Program-made: the position numbers and the translations under genes
IMG/VR virus record: IMGVR_UViG_3300037245_002806
Coordinates: 1 to 64,000 of that record
Length of the DNA: 64,000 nt
DNA from: a virus
Reading direction: 5' to 3' (one strand)
Notes under the pieces: generated by a model
Seen by the model: only the letters and a program-made list of their open reading frames with translations
The model's database searches: none
What the model was told of the DNA's origin: nothing
Shown: positions 29,429 to 39,773 of the stretch, one piece after another
Layout: each line of letters starts with the position of its first letter
Numbering within the stretch: position 1 is the first letter of the stretch

Positions 29429-30676
29429 TTAAGCCCCCTTCTTTTTTTTCTCGACCACCTTCCGGAAAACTCTTGGCGGATCCTTCGGTGGCTTTTTGTA
29501 TTCTGCCTTCATCGCCGTTAGCTGTTTGCGCTCTTCCTCTGTTCGGTTGCCTTTAACCGTCCACTTTGGATCGGATTTCTTCTGGGTTCGCCAGGTAAAG
29601 TTCATCCCCCCGCCGTAGGTAAAAGCGGCCTCGGCGGTTTCCATTTCCAATTTTACCCGGTTTTTAAGCCCTTCCAACTCTTTTCCCGCCTCGACCTCTG
29701 CACTGGTAACGAGCATATACCTGGTCTCCAGCGCCTTCGAAAGCTCTTCGGTAAGCTCGACCGATTTTACCTCGCTCTTGGGATGCCGGCGGGCAAGGTC
29801 TTCCCCGGTCTTTTTGTGGTCGTCCGGTGGAGGTGGTACCCCGTCGAAGCACCCTTGCCAGAATTTCCGCTCCTCGTCAAAAATATACTGGATCGCCTCG
29901 TCGTCTCTGGGTAGGTCCACCCAATAGAATTTCCGCCCCATAAGTACGGCAATCGAGCCCCACTGGAACCCGGTAACGCCTAACTGGTGCTGGAATTGGA
30001 TTATCACCGGAAGCGGTGGATCGCCGTTCTCGTCGAAAAACTCCGCCCACATCTCGGTTGTCTTCATCTCCAGAGCGCCCGGCCCCTCGGGGATAACCCC
30101 GCCAGGTAGCAGGCAATCTATCTCGCTCGCTCCGGTGGTGACCCCTGGATCTTCGATCTCCATGTCGATGGCCGCTACCCACCATTGGTGATCCTGGTTG
30201 ACCCTCGTATCCCACCGTCCGCTTGGCTTGTACTCGGCCCGGTCGATTAGCCGGCGCTTGGTCCGGCGCATGTAAAGCTCGGCCACCACGGGCTCAAGTA
30301 AACTCCCCGTCTCTGCTAGCTCCAAGTATGTGGCCGGCGGTTTTGCAACCTCGCCCCGAATCTCGTGGTAAAGGCCGATGGGGCTTTTGTAGGGGCTCAC
30401 GCCTAGAATGATCGGCGCGTCGTAGCTCCCGATCCCCTGCTTCTTTCTTTTAAACGGCCCGATGTTAACGCCCCAGTCCCACCGCAATTCCGGCCCGGTG
30501 TATTTGGCTTTGGTAACGTTGGCCGTCTGCATCGGGTGGCGCTTCTCAAGAGACGCCAGGTAGATCTCTAAAAACTTTTCGTCGGTGGTCCCGAGCAACG
30601 CCGCGGCGCTCTGTAAGGTGTTGCGCTCGCTCTCGGAAAAATTTGCAATCTCTAGCTTTTTTGTGGTATTCTCCAT
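29429..30676 (-). CDS. YqaJ-like viral recombinase exonuclease
   Basis: GIGSYDAPIILGVSPYKSP, GSLLEP, LEMKT, QFQHQLGVTG; adjacent to recT. Confidence 0.9.
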   Translation of the reverse strand: MENTTKKLEIANFSESERNTLQSAAALLGTTDEKFLEIYLASLEKRHPMQTANVTKAKYTGPELRWDWGVNIGPFKRKKQGIGSYDAPIILGVSPYKSPIGLYHEIRGEVAKPPATYLELAETGSLLEPVVAELYMRRTKRRLIDRAEYKPSGRWDTRVNQDHQWWVAAIDMEIEDPGVTTGASEIDCLLPGGVIPEGPGALEMKTTEMWAEFFDENGDPPLPVIIQFQHQLGVTGFQWGSIAVLMGRKFYWVDLPRDDEAIQYIFDEERKFWQGCFDGVPPPPDDHKKTGEDLARRHPKSEVKSVELTEELSKALETRYMLVTSAEVEAGKELEGLKNRVKLEMETAEAAFTYGGGMNFTWRTQKKSDPKWTVKGNRTEEERKQLTAMKAEYKKPPKDPPRVFRKVVEKKKKGA

Positions 30677-30796
30677 TTGCTTCACTTCTTTCTCATGCCG
30701 AAAGAGAAGGCGAGCGGGTCTTGGGGCTGGTCCACTTAACCGTTGGGCCGGCCCCAATTTTTTTTGCCCGGCGCGCTCTCTATATCACCCCCCGCC

Positions 30797-31045
30797 CTAG
30801 CCTGCGGGGTCGGTTGTTACGGCTTGGTTTGGTGCTACGTACCCCTCGACCGGGGCGAGCTTTCCGGCGTGTACTTGCATCTGTACCCACTCTCGCAAGA
30901 TGTATCGGATCAACTCTTTCATCGGTCGATCCTCCACCTTGGCCGCCTGCCTTAACATGTCGTATTCGCCTTGCTCTACTTCGCTGTAGACTTTTTTCGG
31001 CGAAAACATGCTATTAGCACGGGGCATTGTCATTGCTTTGCCCAT
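30797..31045 (-). CDS. Ribbon-helix-helix-like regulator
   Basis: VYSEVEQGEYDMLRQAAKVEDRPMKELIRYIL; AAGGAGG Shine-Dalgarno. Confidence 0.6.
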   Translation of the reverse strand: MGKAMTMPRANSMFSPKKVYSEVEQGEYDMLRQAAKVEDRPMKELIRYILREWVQMQVHAGKLAPVEGYVAPNQAVTTDPAG

Positions 31046-31060
31046 ATCTAAGATCCTCCT

Positions 31061-32813
31061 TTATTCGTCCAGTGTAGCATAAAATGGGTCTTTTGTGTCG
31101 GTAAAATAGTCCTTTCTTGCCCGCGCCCTTTCCTGTAAAAGCCGTTGCTCGGCGAGCGCCATTGACCTTTTTACCCCTTCGAGTCGGCCCCGTAGGGAAA
31201 CCACCTGGCCGTCAAGTAGGCTTTGCAACGCCGTAGCCTTGGCCTCGGCTTCCCACCACTTCGATGTTGCCCCGATCGCGATCCCGATAATTACCAGAAA
31301 CGCCACCAAAAGCGGGCGGACGTCCACCCGCCACCCGGATTCGTGCCAGATCTTGATCCTTAATCCTCCCATATTAACCCCCACTTTTTGCAAAACCGCT
31401 TGGCCCCCTTCGAGTCGGTGTCTCGGTCGAACCCCCGCGGAAACCTGCACCGGTGACCCACATAGTAGTAATCCACCGTCCACGATATCCGGTACCAGTT
31501 TAGCCCCATCTTTCGGCAGCGGTGGTCGGTGGAGCCACTTGGCCGATGCCGTCCCATTACGCCGGCACCAACGCCGCCTGGTTTTGGAGGTAGGCGCCAT
31601 TCTGGGTCAACTGTGCCATGGCCCCGAGCGGAGTACCGCCCACGCCGTATTTGATCTGCGGTGGCGCCAACCTGGGCAACCGTCGAAACGTTGCCATCCA
31701 CCGGGTATCGTCACGCCCTCCCATCTTCTCGACCGAGATCCCGCACCGCACCGCGAATGCAACCAACCCTTCCTCGGTCATCTGCCAACGGGCTTGCATC
31801 CTTCGGATCTGGGAATCGTCGGCCCCCAACGCCGTGGCCTCGATGGCAATCCGCCACAAAGCCCCCATGGTGGTGGCGTCTTCGTCGAAAGCCCACGCCT
31901 TGATCGCGTCGGCTGGCACCGACCGTTGTGTAAACAAAAACCGCTTTCTCTGGTCGATAAAGTAAAAGCCTTTCATCTCGGCCCCCTTTCCTTTTAAAAA
32001 AGCCTGCCCTGTTTTGGTTTTACCGGATGCCCCTGGTTTTTCGCTCGGGGCTCATCGTCCCCCGGTGGCCCCATGTCCGCCGCATGCCGCACCTGGCCCC
32101 GGTAGGTTTCGCAATCCACCATAACCCCGATGGCGTCGGCTCCGCACTCCAGACAAGATTTCGGATTTTGCGATGTCAACCCGAGCGCCCGGTCCGGGTA
32201 AGCCCGGACAAAGCACGGAATGCAGGCGAATAGCAGTCTCACGCCAACTCCTTTCGCGCCTCTTTTAGCTCGGCCTTGCTCCAGTAAACCCGGCAATCGT
32301 TGCACACCCCGTCCGGGTTGGTGGTATGCGCATCGCAATAAATCCGCCCGAGATCGTCGCCGGGGTGGTATCCGCACTCGGCGCATATACAGGTTTTCGG
32401 CACTGTCACGAAATTACCCTCCCGAGCACCTTTTTGATCGCGCGCGGTTTTACAACCGTCTCAGTGGTCCCAAACTGCCCCGTACCGACCCGGAGGTGCC
32501 CGTCTGGGAGCACTTCATACACCGTACCATCCATAACCCCTCGGGCACTCTGGAATCGAATCTGCCGCCCCTCAAACCACTTTTTTAGCCCTTCCCCGAT
32601 CTCGCTCGGCCTGGCCGCCAGGGATTGCCACGGCAGATCGACCTTTTTGGCCAAAAGCCGAATTAGAACCAACTGCCCGTTTGTCACGTGGTATATGGTG
32701 CTCCCCACTTTGGTGGCCGCCGGCCCTTCCGTTAGCCCCTTTTGGACCAACTTGCAATCGTCTGTGTGGGTTGGCTCATCTATCGTCCAAGTGCAATCGC
32801 ATTTAACAATCAT
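31061..32813 (-). other. Cluster of small hypothetical genes (including 31557-31976 and 32406-32813)
   Basis: Tiled minus-strand ORFs. Confidence 0.5.
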
Positions 32814-32822
32814 CGGCTCTCC

Positions 32823-32906
32823 TTAGAGTTGTTCGGCGGCGAGTATCTCTTTTTCGAGTTGGTCGGAATCGACCTCAGGCCAATTAGCTTTCTCTTTGTT
32901 TTCCAT
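32823..32906 (-). CDS. 27-aa leaderless peptide MENKEKANWPEVDSDQLEKEILAAEQL
   Basis: ATG 6 nt after the -10 box; stop followed by GGAG Shine-Dalgarno of the next gene. Confidence 0.5.
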   Translation of the reverse strand: MENKEKANWPEVDSDQLEKEILAAEQL

Positions 32907-32941
32907 ACTTATAATATACCTCTTTCGTGGTCGGTTGTCAA
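32907..32941 (-). promoter_or_regulatory. Early sigma70-type promoter (leaderless)
   Basis: TTGACA-17-TATATT-ATAAGT-ATG. Confidence 0.85.
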
Positions 32942-32968
32942 GTATAAAATGGGTTTATTATGCGGTTT

Positions 32969-33208
32969 TTATCGTCGCCGACCGTCCCCGAATAAACGCA
33001 CGATCTCGGCCTCTTCCTGTGCCAAGGCCGCTTGTATCGTGCTCGGCGGTACGTTCCACATATCTTGCACGCCGGCGTAGTAGAATTCGGCCCGGTGCTC
33101 GGCATCGTGTTCCCCGGCCCACTGGTAGTAGTCTTCCAACTGCTCAGCAGTGTAAAGCCCTTCGCCGTCGATCCCCTCGAAAGCCGGTAACATTCCTGCT
33201 TGCGCCAT
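32969..33208 (-). CDS. Small acidic hypothetical protein
   Basis: AAGGTGAG Shine-Dalgarno. Confidence 0.6.
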   Translation of the reverse strand: MAQAGMLPAFEGIDGEGLYTAEQLEDYYQWAGEHDAEHRAEFYYAGVQDMWNVPPSTIQAALAQEEAEIVRLFGDGRRR

Positions 33209-33253
33209 GGTCTCTCACCTTTCTGGGGGCGCCCGTAGGCGCCCCGTTTCGGT

Positions 33254-33676
33254 TTACGCCGCGGCCATCTGGGCTTTGTGTGCCTTGGCGAACCCTTGGT
33301 GGCGGATATTGGAATTCCAGGTACGGGCAAAGCTCTTTTCGTCGCGCATTTCGCGGCGGTTGCTCACCATCTGGCTGCCTTCCCACTTAATCGCAACCCG
33401 GTAGTATCCGATCCCGTCCATCTGGATGCTCACGGGGTACCAGCCGTCGGCAAAGCCGTTGCAACCGGTGGCCAGCAAAAAGGTCATCTCCGGATCCCGC
33501 ATTAAGTCGGAACGTTGCTCGTAGTAGTGGGCGACCGAAACCATTTTTCGACCGTCGGGAGAAAGGCCGATACCCTCGATTGTCAGGTCCATGTAGGAAC
33601 CGTTGGAAATTTTGATGTGGAAAAACGAGTCGTTTTCGTGGCCGGCGTCTTTAATTATCCGTTCGATTTCTTTCAT
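33254..33676 (-). CDS. DUF1249/DUF6908-like protein
   Basis: YMDLTIEGIG...SVAHYYEQRSDLMRDPEM...WNSNIRHQG. Confidence 0.7.
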   Translation of the reverse strand: MKEIERIIKDAGHENDSFFHIKISNGSYMDLTIEGIGLSPDGRKMVSVAHYYEQRSDLMRDPEMTFLLATGCNGFADGWYPVSIQMDGIGYYRVAIKWEGSQMVSNRREMRDEKSFARTWNSNIRHQGFAKAHKAQMAAA

Positions 33677-33714
33677 TTCGCTTGCCCCTTTTCTGTTTCT
33701 TTGTTGCTTTCCAT

Positions 33715-33749
33715 ACTTATAATATAGCAACATTATGGGGTTTTGTCAA
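33715..33749 (-). promoter_or_regulatory. Early sigma70-type promoter (leaderless)
   Basis: TTGACA-17-TATATT-ATAAGT-ATG. Confidence 0.85.
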
Positions 33750-33763
33750 GAGAAAAAGGTGGT

Positions 33764-34439
33764 TTATTTGATTTTATTTTTGTCCCCCTCGTCCATAATA
33801 TCGAGCACGCTTCCGAGGTAGGTGGCTCTCGAAATTCTGGTCTCAACCACCTGGCCCCGCTTGTTGTACCGCTTTAACCGCCAGCGCATGCCGGAATCCG
33901 CCGGCCCCCTGACTACCTGGGTTTCCCATTCGCCGGCGGAGTAGGTGCCGAGCACCGCCCACGGCTTATCGCTTGTTGGCCCTCTCACTGGCCCCCCTCT
34001 GCCCGCCAGCGCCGGCACCGCTCCAAAACCAAGGCGTCAACCGCTTCCCGCGCGGCCTTCCGGGTTGGGAACACCGTTGGAATCTCGACCCCGCATGCCC
34101 CGTTGGTGACCCACCCGCGGCCCGTCCGGAGTTTTTCGATAAAGTGGTCCGGCCCGTATCCCGCCCACCGGTTAGATAAAACGTGCATATCATGGTTGTC
34201 TAGCATTATCCCTCGCTCCAAGGCCGGAAGCTATGCCGGGTGGTATCGTCGCACCTTACATGCCCGAGGTGGTCGCACCCGCAATCCCCGGTATGTACTA
34301 CAGTCCACCGGCCATCCATTCTCACGTGCATGTGCCCGCAATCCCGGCACGGCCCGGAATCGACTCCCATGCCACCGACGACGCCGCGATTTTCTACTTC
34401 GCCCCCGCACATCCTGCACTCAACTCGCTCGTTGTCCAT
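33764..34439 (-). other. Three small early genes (33764-34018, 33985-34221, 34206-34439) behind a variant promoter at 34440-34473
   Basis: TTGCTT-16-TATTAT-6-ATG; tiled ORFs. Confidence 0.55.
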
Positions 34440-34513
34440 AACCTAATAATAGCATATCAGGCGGATAAAGCAAGTCTTTTATAATTGTTTTTTTGGATTT
34501 ATTCCGGTGGGTT

Positions 34514-34540
34514 GGGAGCCCCCCGTGGGGCTCCCTCTTT
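34514..34540. terminator. GC hairpin, putative intrinsic terminator
   Basis: GGGAGCCCCC-CGT-GGGGGCTCCC followed by TCTTTT. Confidence 0.55.
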
Positions 34541-34795
34541 CCTACTCCTTACGCCGTCTCGAGATCGAGCACCGTTCTACGATGTCAACGATCTCCGAAT
34601 GGCCCTGGCGCCACCGTCTGACTAGGTGGATTACCCGACACGAAGGTCCGGCGCTCTTCGTGTGGCTCTTGGCGAAAAAGCGGCCTTCGTCCGTGTTTTG
34701 GACCCCACGCTCCCAATGACAGGCAACGCACCTGGCAAAGTAAGGCTCTGTAAGAGTAGGCTTTTTGGCGGTCGGTTCTTGTAGCAACGTTTTTA

Positions 34796-35311
34796 TCACC
34801 CCCTTTCGGCTTTCTGCTTTCTGTGGTTGGAGTTGTAGCGCCGGCTGGCCGCCTTGCATCGGTCGCAACGGCAACCTCGGCTCCATTCGCTAGTCGTCCC
34901 ATGGTTGCGGAGATCGCTCGGGCTGTATTTTTTCTTCCGCTTCCGGTTGTAATCCCCATGTGCTCTCGTACAATCCGGACATCTGCACCCGAGCCGATAT
35001 CCACTTGTGCTCCCATGCGTAGCTGTCCGCTCGTGCTTAAATCCCGCGTCCCCCCTCTCCTCGTGCGTCCTGCCGTGACAGGATCGGCATAGCAACATGC
35101 ACTTTGCCACCTCGGCCAGGAAACGATCGAGCCCGTAGGCTACTCCAGAGGATAAAATGCCAAAGCTCTTTGTTTTGGGATCGACGTGGTGGGTGACTAA
35201 CCCTTCCTTCGTCCCGCACCTGGTGCACTTTCCGCCGAGCAAAAGGATCGCCAGCGCCGTCCGGAAAGCTCGCCGGCGGTGTTTCCAGGCTTGGGTTTTG
35301 GAGGTGGGCAT
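34796..35311 (-). CDS. HNH endonuclease with two C-terminal HG-x6-GCRCxxC Zn-binding repeats
   Basis: CTRCG...THHVDP...KCMLLCRSCHGRTH; HGSTSGYRLGCRCPDC, HGTTSEWSRGCRCDRC. Confidence 0.85.
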   Translation of the reverse strand: MPTSKTQAWKHRRRAFRTALAILLLGGKCTRCGTKEGLVTHHVDPKTKSFGILSSGVAYGLDRFLAEVAKCMLLCRSCHGRTHEERGDAGFKHERTATHGSTSGYRLGCRCPDCTRAHGDYNRKRKKKYSPSDLRNHGTTSEWSRGCRCDRCKAASRRYNSNHRKQKAERG

Positions 35312-35363
35312 CTGTCCTTTAAGTACCATATAAGCCGGTAACTTGCAAGGTTTTTATGGAAGT

Positions 35364-35501
35364 CAGCCGGGTGGTTTATGCCCGGCTGCTCCCCAATGGT
35401 GGGCGATCGACAGCGACGATGACGCCCTCAAGGGGGGGCCTTGGGGCAAGCTCTGGGAATAGCCGCCGATCGCCCCTTTGCGCAGGAGGTTTCCCAGAGC
35501 T
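35364..35501. ncRNA. Candidate structured ncRNA (three hairpins plus a 9-bp loop-loop pairing)
   Basis: Stems 35364-71/35381-88, 35391-96/35441-46, 35449-59/35491-501; GGGCGATCG 35401-09 complementary to CGATCGCCC 35467-75. Confidence 0.5.
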
Positions 35502-35582
35502 AACGCTCAATCTGCATCGCAAGATAGTAGCACATTAAGCAAACGCCGCAAGCTAGAAACCCTATGGAATAGGCTTTGCTTT

Positions 35583-37514
35583 CTACGCGAAAAACCACAC
35601 CGCCGCGGCCAACGCCGCCAACGATCCGACCACCGCCACGAATAGCGCCATGCTGCCCGGTCTTCGGTCCATTTGCTCGAAGTCCATGGCCACCGTGTCG
35701 AGGTTCACCTTTTCCTCGGGATACCAGTCCCGCTCTTTCGCCTGGGGATACTCGTCCTCCAGTCGTATCCAATAGATTCTCCCGCCGTCGGCACACCCGC
35801 CGCGCCCGAGCACCTTGCCCGCCGCGGTGTAGTTAATGCCCGGCTTGGGGTTTATGTCCACCCGAACCAGATCCCCGATCTTAAATCTGGCCCCTTCCAT
35901 TGTTTTGCAGTGTTCCACGTACCCTTTTTGCATCTCCATCCCATGCCCCTTTCTGTGTCACCGCCCGCCCGCGCCTTCCGGCCCGGTACCGGCTTTTTAG
36001 ACTTTGCTGGCTACCAACCTGCCGGCCTCGTCGTAAACGTCGATCCACGCCCACCGCGCGGAAGTGACCACCCGGTAATCCCACTCGGGATCGCCCGTCT
36101 GGAAAAGCGCCGCCACGCGCTCGGCCTCTTTGTGCTCGTAAAATTTGTCCGGCCCGTCAATCCGCGGCATCTGCTTCCCCCTTCTGGTGTGCTTCCTTTT
36201 GGATAAAAGCCAAGCTCTCGTAATCCTGGTCGTGGAAAAAGATCCCCATAGCTCGCGGCGCATCGTGCCACTTCAGCGCCGCCAAAAGCCACTTGTAAAG
36301 GGCTTTTACCTTACCGATCCGCGGCATAATACTCCCCTTTCCACTGCATCGCCTTCGAGATACCTTCGAGCCAATCTTGCACGATCAAGGTACCGTTGAC
36401 CCCCTCGTCCCGCGCTTCGCGCACCCGCTTTTGGGTGATCTGCATCTGGAAAGCCAAAGCCTTTATCGTTACCCGGCGCCGGCGCATCATGCGCTTTATC
36501 GCCGCGCCGGCCAACCTCTGCTCTGCAAAACGTCGATCAAACATCGCCCCCCCTATTTGGTTTCGTCGATTGCCGCGAACATCGCCTTGTATCCCGCTTC
36601 CGTCGGGATTCCGTGCTCGTTTACCCACTTGCTCGGCTTGGTTTCCAACCTGGCGATCCTATCGGAAAGCCGGAACTGCCGCGCCGGCCAGGAAGGATCC
36701 TTCTCCCAAAGCCGGCCCGCCATGGCCGCCTCGATCGGTATCGCCTCGTCGTAAAGGTCTCCCAACTCGACCTCCAGATCGGAGATCTCTTCCTCATGGA
36801 GAAAGTCTAGATCGAGGTGCTCGGCGAGATTTTGCAAAGCGGCCTCTACCGCCTCGACCCGATCCGGCGCGATCCCCCGCTTCCGGTCTGCCGCTAAACC
36901 ATCGAGGAAGTACGCCGTTACCATCCATTGCGTTGTTATCTTCACCTGGCGCCCCCTTCGGCCCACTTTGCGTTGATCTGGCCGTCGGCCTCGATCCTTG
37001 CCAATTCGGGAGTATAGGACACGCTCGAAAAGTCGAACCGGTCCCACCGGACCAAAACAAAAGACTCAGACTCGTATGGCGCCGCCGGCCTTCCCGCGGT
37101 AACCGTTCCTTTGTAATCCCACAAGCTCGGGGTTTTGTAGGTAACTCTGTCGCCTTCTTTAAGATTCGGCATTTTCGGCTCCTAGATTTCGGAAACGTCG
37201 ATTTCTGCATCGGCGAGAATTTCCGCCGGCGAAGCAAACGCCAACCCGGCAAAAGGGTTGTGGGTAAGCGCCTCGTCATCGGCAGGATCGAAAAGTAGCT
37301 GCCAACCGGTACCAGGCTCCCCCGTAGGCTCAGGCTCGCCGCAACCGCCGCAACCGACGTCCTGCAAGTAAACCACATCGGCGAATTTGTCACAGCGGTA
37401 GGTGGTTCCGCAAGTGTCGCATTTGGCAAGCAAGTAGGCGTCCACTTCGTCGGTGTGGTCGCTAATCGTAAAGGTGTTCCCCGCGCCGCTCTCGTTTGCT
37501 TTGTTGTTTTCCAT
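35583..37514 (-). other. Early small-gene cluster (35583-35939, 35997-36170, 36311-36544 HTH-like, 36553-, 36942-37172, 37182-37514)
   Basis: Tiled minus-strand ORFs downstream of the promoter at 37515-37549. Confidence 0.55.
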
Positions 37515-37549
37515 ACTTATAATATAGCAACATTATGGGGTTTAGTCAA
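37515..37549 (-). promoter_or_regulatory. Early sigma70-type promoter (leaderless)
   Basis: TTGACT-17-TATATT-ATAAGT-ATG; near-identical to 33715-33749. Confidence 0.85.
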
Positions 37550-37595
37550 GAGAAAAATGGGGTTTATTTGGATTTATTTTACCCCCCCGTGAGCC

Positions 37596-37643
37596 AAAAA
37601 CCCCGGCGCCGTGGATCTGATCTTGTGGCCGGCGCCGGGGTTT
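37596..37643 (-). terminator. Putative intrinsic terminator
   Basis: CCCCGGCGCC...GGCGCCGGGG stem followed by a T-run on the minus strand. Confidence 0.55.
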
Positions 37644-37699
37644 CGATCTATACATACCAAGTATCGCCCGTAGTGGACTAGGATCCACTCATCGCTTGT

Positions 37700-38002
37700 T
37701 TAACATAAAGCCCCCTTTCGTTTTGCTCGCCGGTCGGCGTCCCTCTTAAAGATACAACCGGTACAAAGTACCATAAACCCGAGATCAAGATTTCGTTTAT
37801 GCTCATCCAGAGATTTCGCCCTCGGGAGCCCACCAAGGTCAGGATGTACCGGCCTGGCGTGGTGCCCGCACCTCGGGCGCCCGCAATCCAAGCAACGCCC
37901 GGTCGTTTTCCTTTTGCATCGGGCCATCCCCTTGCCCTTTGGCCCCGCATTGCACCGTTGGGGTTTTCGCCCCGCCGCCGCTTTTGCTTTGTCGTGTTCC
38001 AT
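37700..38002 (-). CDS. Small basic Cys-rich early protein
   Basis: Leaderless ATG behind the promoter at 38003-38037. Confidence 0.65.
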   Translation of the reverse strand: MEHDKAKAAAGRKPQRCNAGPKGKGMARCKRKTTGRCLDCGRPRCGHHARPVHPDLGGLPRAKSLDEHKRNLDLGFMVLCTGCIFKRDADRRAKRKGALC

Positions 38003-38037
38003 ACTTATAATATACGCTTTCTATAGGGCTTTGTCAA
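38003..38037 (-). promoter_or_regulatory. Early sigma70-type promoter (leaderless)
   Basis: TTGACA-17-TATATT-ATAAGT-ATG. Confidence 0.85.
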
Positions 38038-38047
38038 GAGAATAATG

Positions 38048-38839
38048 CTAGATTTTACCGTAGAGCGCCGGGATCGTCTCGGTCAAAAACTCGTGCCTGG
38101 CCGCATGGATGGAAGCAATCCCCCGGCGCCGGCTCTCAAGATCCACCCAACCCCGGAAGCGCCGCTCCGCCCGAGCCCAAAAAGCCAGCTTTTGTAAGAT
38201 GTGCTTTTGTATCCGATTTCGTTTCTTCACGGCATCCCCCTTTTAAAGCTCGTTCAAGGCGTCGGTAAGCTCGTCCGCCGTTTCGCAATTAAGAGAAAGG
38301 GTAAGCTCGTCCGCGTTAAACGGCCCCGCGGTACGAAGTGCTTTCGGCCCCCGAGTCACAATCGCGCCATGCTTGGCGTGCTTTTCCAACTCGGAAATGG
38401 AGCCCACGTGGATTCCATCTATCTGGATTTCGAAAAGATTAAACGAAAGGGTGGAAACCTGGAAACCAGCTTCCACTAAATTGCAAAGCCCCTTCAGCCG
38501 GGTAACGACCTTCGAACCCGAGGTGCAAACGACGTTGGAAACGAATCCCTCAGGCGCCCGGTGGCCTTCGAGCCCGTCGCGTTTCGCTAGAGCCACATGT
38601 AACCGTTTCAGCTCACGTACCGTAGCATTCTCTTTCTGTGCCATTGCCTATGCCTCCTCGATTTCGAGCCCGGTTTCTTTGGCCAACGCCACCGCTTTGG
38701 CTTTCGCGCCCGCCTTGGTTTTGCTAACCTTGGCGTTTACGATTCCCTCGCCATCGGTGATCCCCGTAATCCAACCGTGCATCATCGGGAAGTAAACCAC
38801 CTTGCGGCCCGTTCCGTTTTCGTTTTCTTTGTTTTCCAT
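38048..38839 (-). other. Three early genes (38048-38230, 38243-38644, 38648-38839) behind a promoter at 38840-38872
   Basis: TTGCAA-16-TACTAT-TAAGT-ATG (MENKENEN...). Confidence 0.65.
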
Positions 38840-38874
38840 ACTTAATAGTACCATATCTACCGGCGTTTGCAAGA

Positions 38875-39735
38875 GAATAATGCCCATTATTCGCATTTAT
38901 TCTCATCCTTAATAAGAGTAAATTAACCCCGCCGTACCCCCGTTTTGGCACCCGCCTTGCATGCGGATAGGGCGCCTATATCGGCCAGATGGCAGGATTA
39001 TTTTATGTGTTCCAAATCACCTTTTTAGCCGAATAGTGTTGCATCTTTAAAGGTGGGAAAAACCCATAGTTTTAGATCCTGTGCCACCTCGATCCGGGCT
39101 CGCTACATGACCCATGCCAGGAGAATTGTAAGGCTTTGCTTTCTACCCCATAAACGGCACCAATTATATGGATGGTCCGCCCACATCAAGCGCCATGCCA
39201 ACCCGAATCTACACCTATTATATACCGTGTTTTGGGTGTTTCTAAGTGCGCTTAAAATAAGGGTTTGGTGCGTTAGCGGCGAAATATCGAGATCACCATG
39301 CTAGGAGTCGTTTATATTTATTATCGGCCTTAAACGACCCCTCACGACGTCGAACAAAGCCTTTGTTCTCTAAGGGTTAGCGGGATTGTGGGTGTGGGGT
39401 TTTCACCTTTAAAGATTAAACGTAGAGATGCACACCTTATATGGATAGTTTGTGCGATTTGTCACACAACACATAATAAAAATAAATATTCCCGCGCGGA
39501 GCTTGAGGAAATCCTTTTTGGACTATTTTAGATATTTTAACTCTGACCTATCCGGTCGGGTATCCGGCACACCTCGGGCGGGCTCGCAATGATATAGATC
39601 ACACCTCCGATGTTTTCCTTGTTTTTCTCAAGAAACCGCCCAATGGGCCGCCCACTAATAGAGGATAGATTGCACGCTTCATGCCAACAATAAGGGTATA
39701 TCCCCCGGATAAAAAAGCCCTCTTATTGCATTATT
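38875..39735. other. AT-richer non-coding centre where transcription diverges
   Basis: No convincing ORF; 13-bp inverted repeat at 39043-55/39404-16; sigma54-like boxes at both edges. Confidence 0.6.
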
Positions 39736-39738
39736 TTC

Positions 39739-39773
39739 TTGACGCGGCCATATAAAGATGGTACCTTATATAT
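39739..39773 (+). promoter_or_regulatory. Early sigma70-type promoter (leaderless)
   Basis: TTGACG-17-TACCTT-ATATAT-ATG. Confidence 0.8.

Noticed and set aside
39053-39304. 83-aa plus-strand ORF in the central hub
   Set aside because: No Shine-Dalgarno, atypical composition and no recognisable motif; treated as non-coding.
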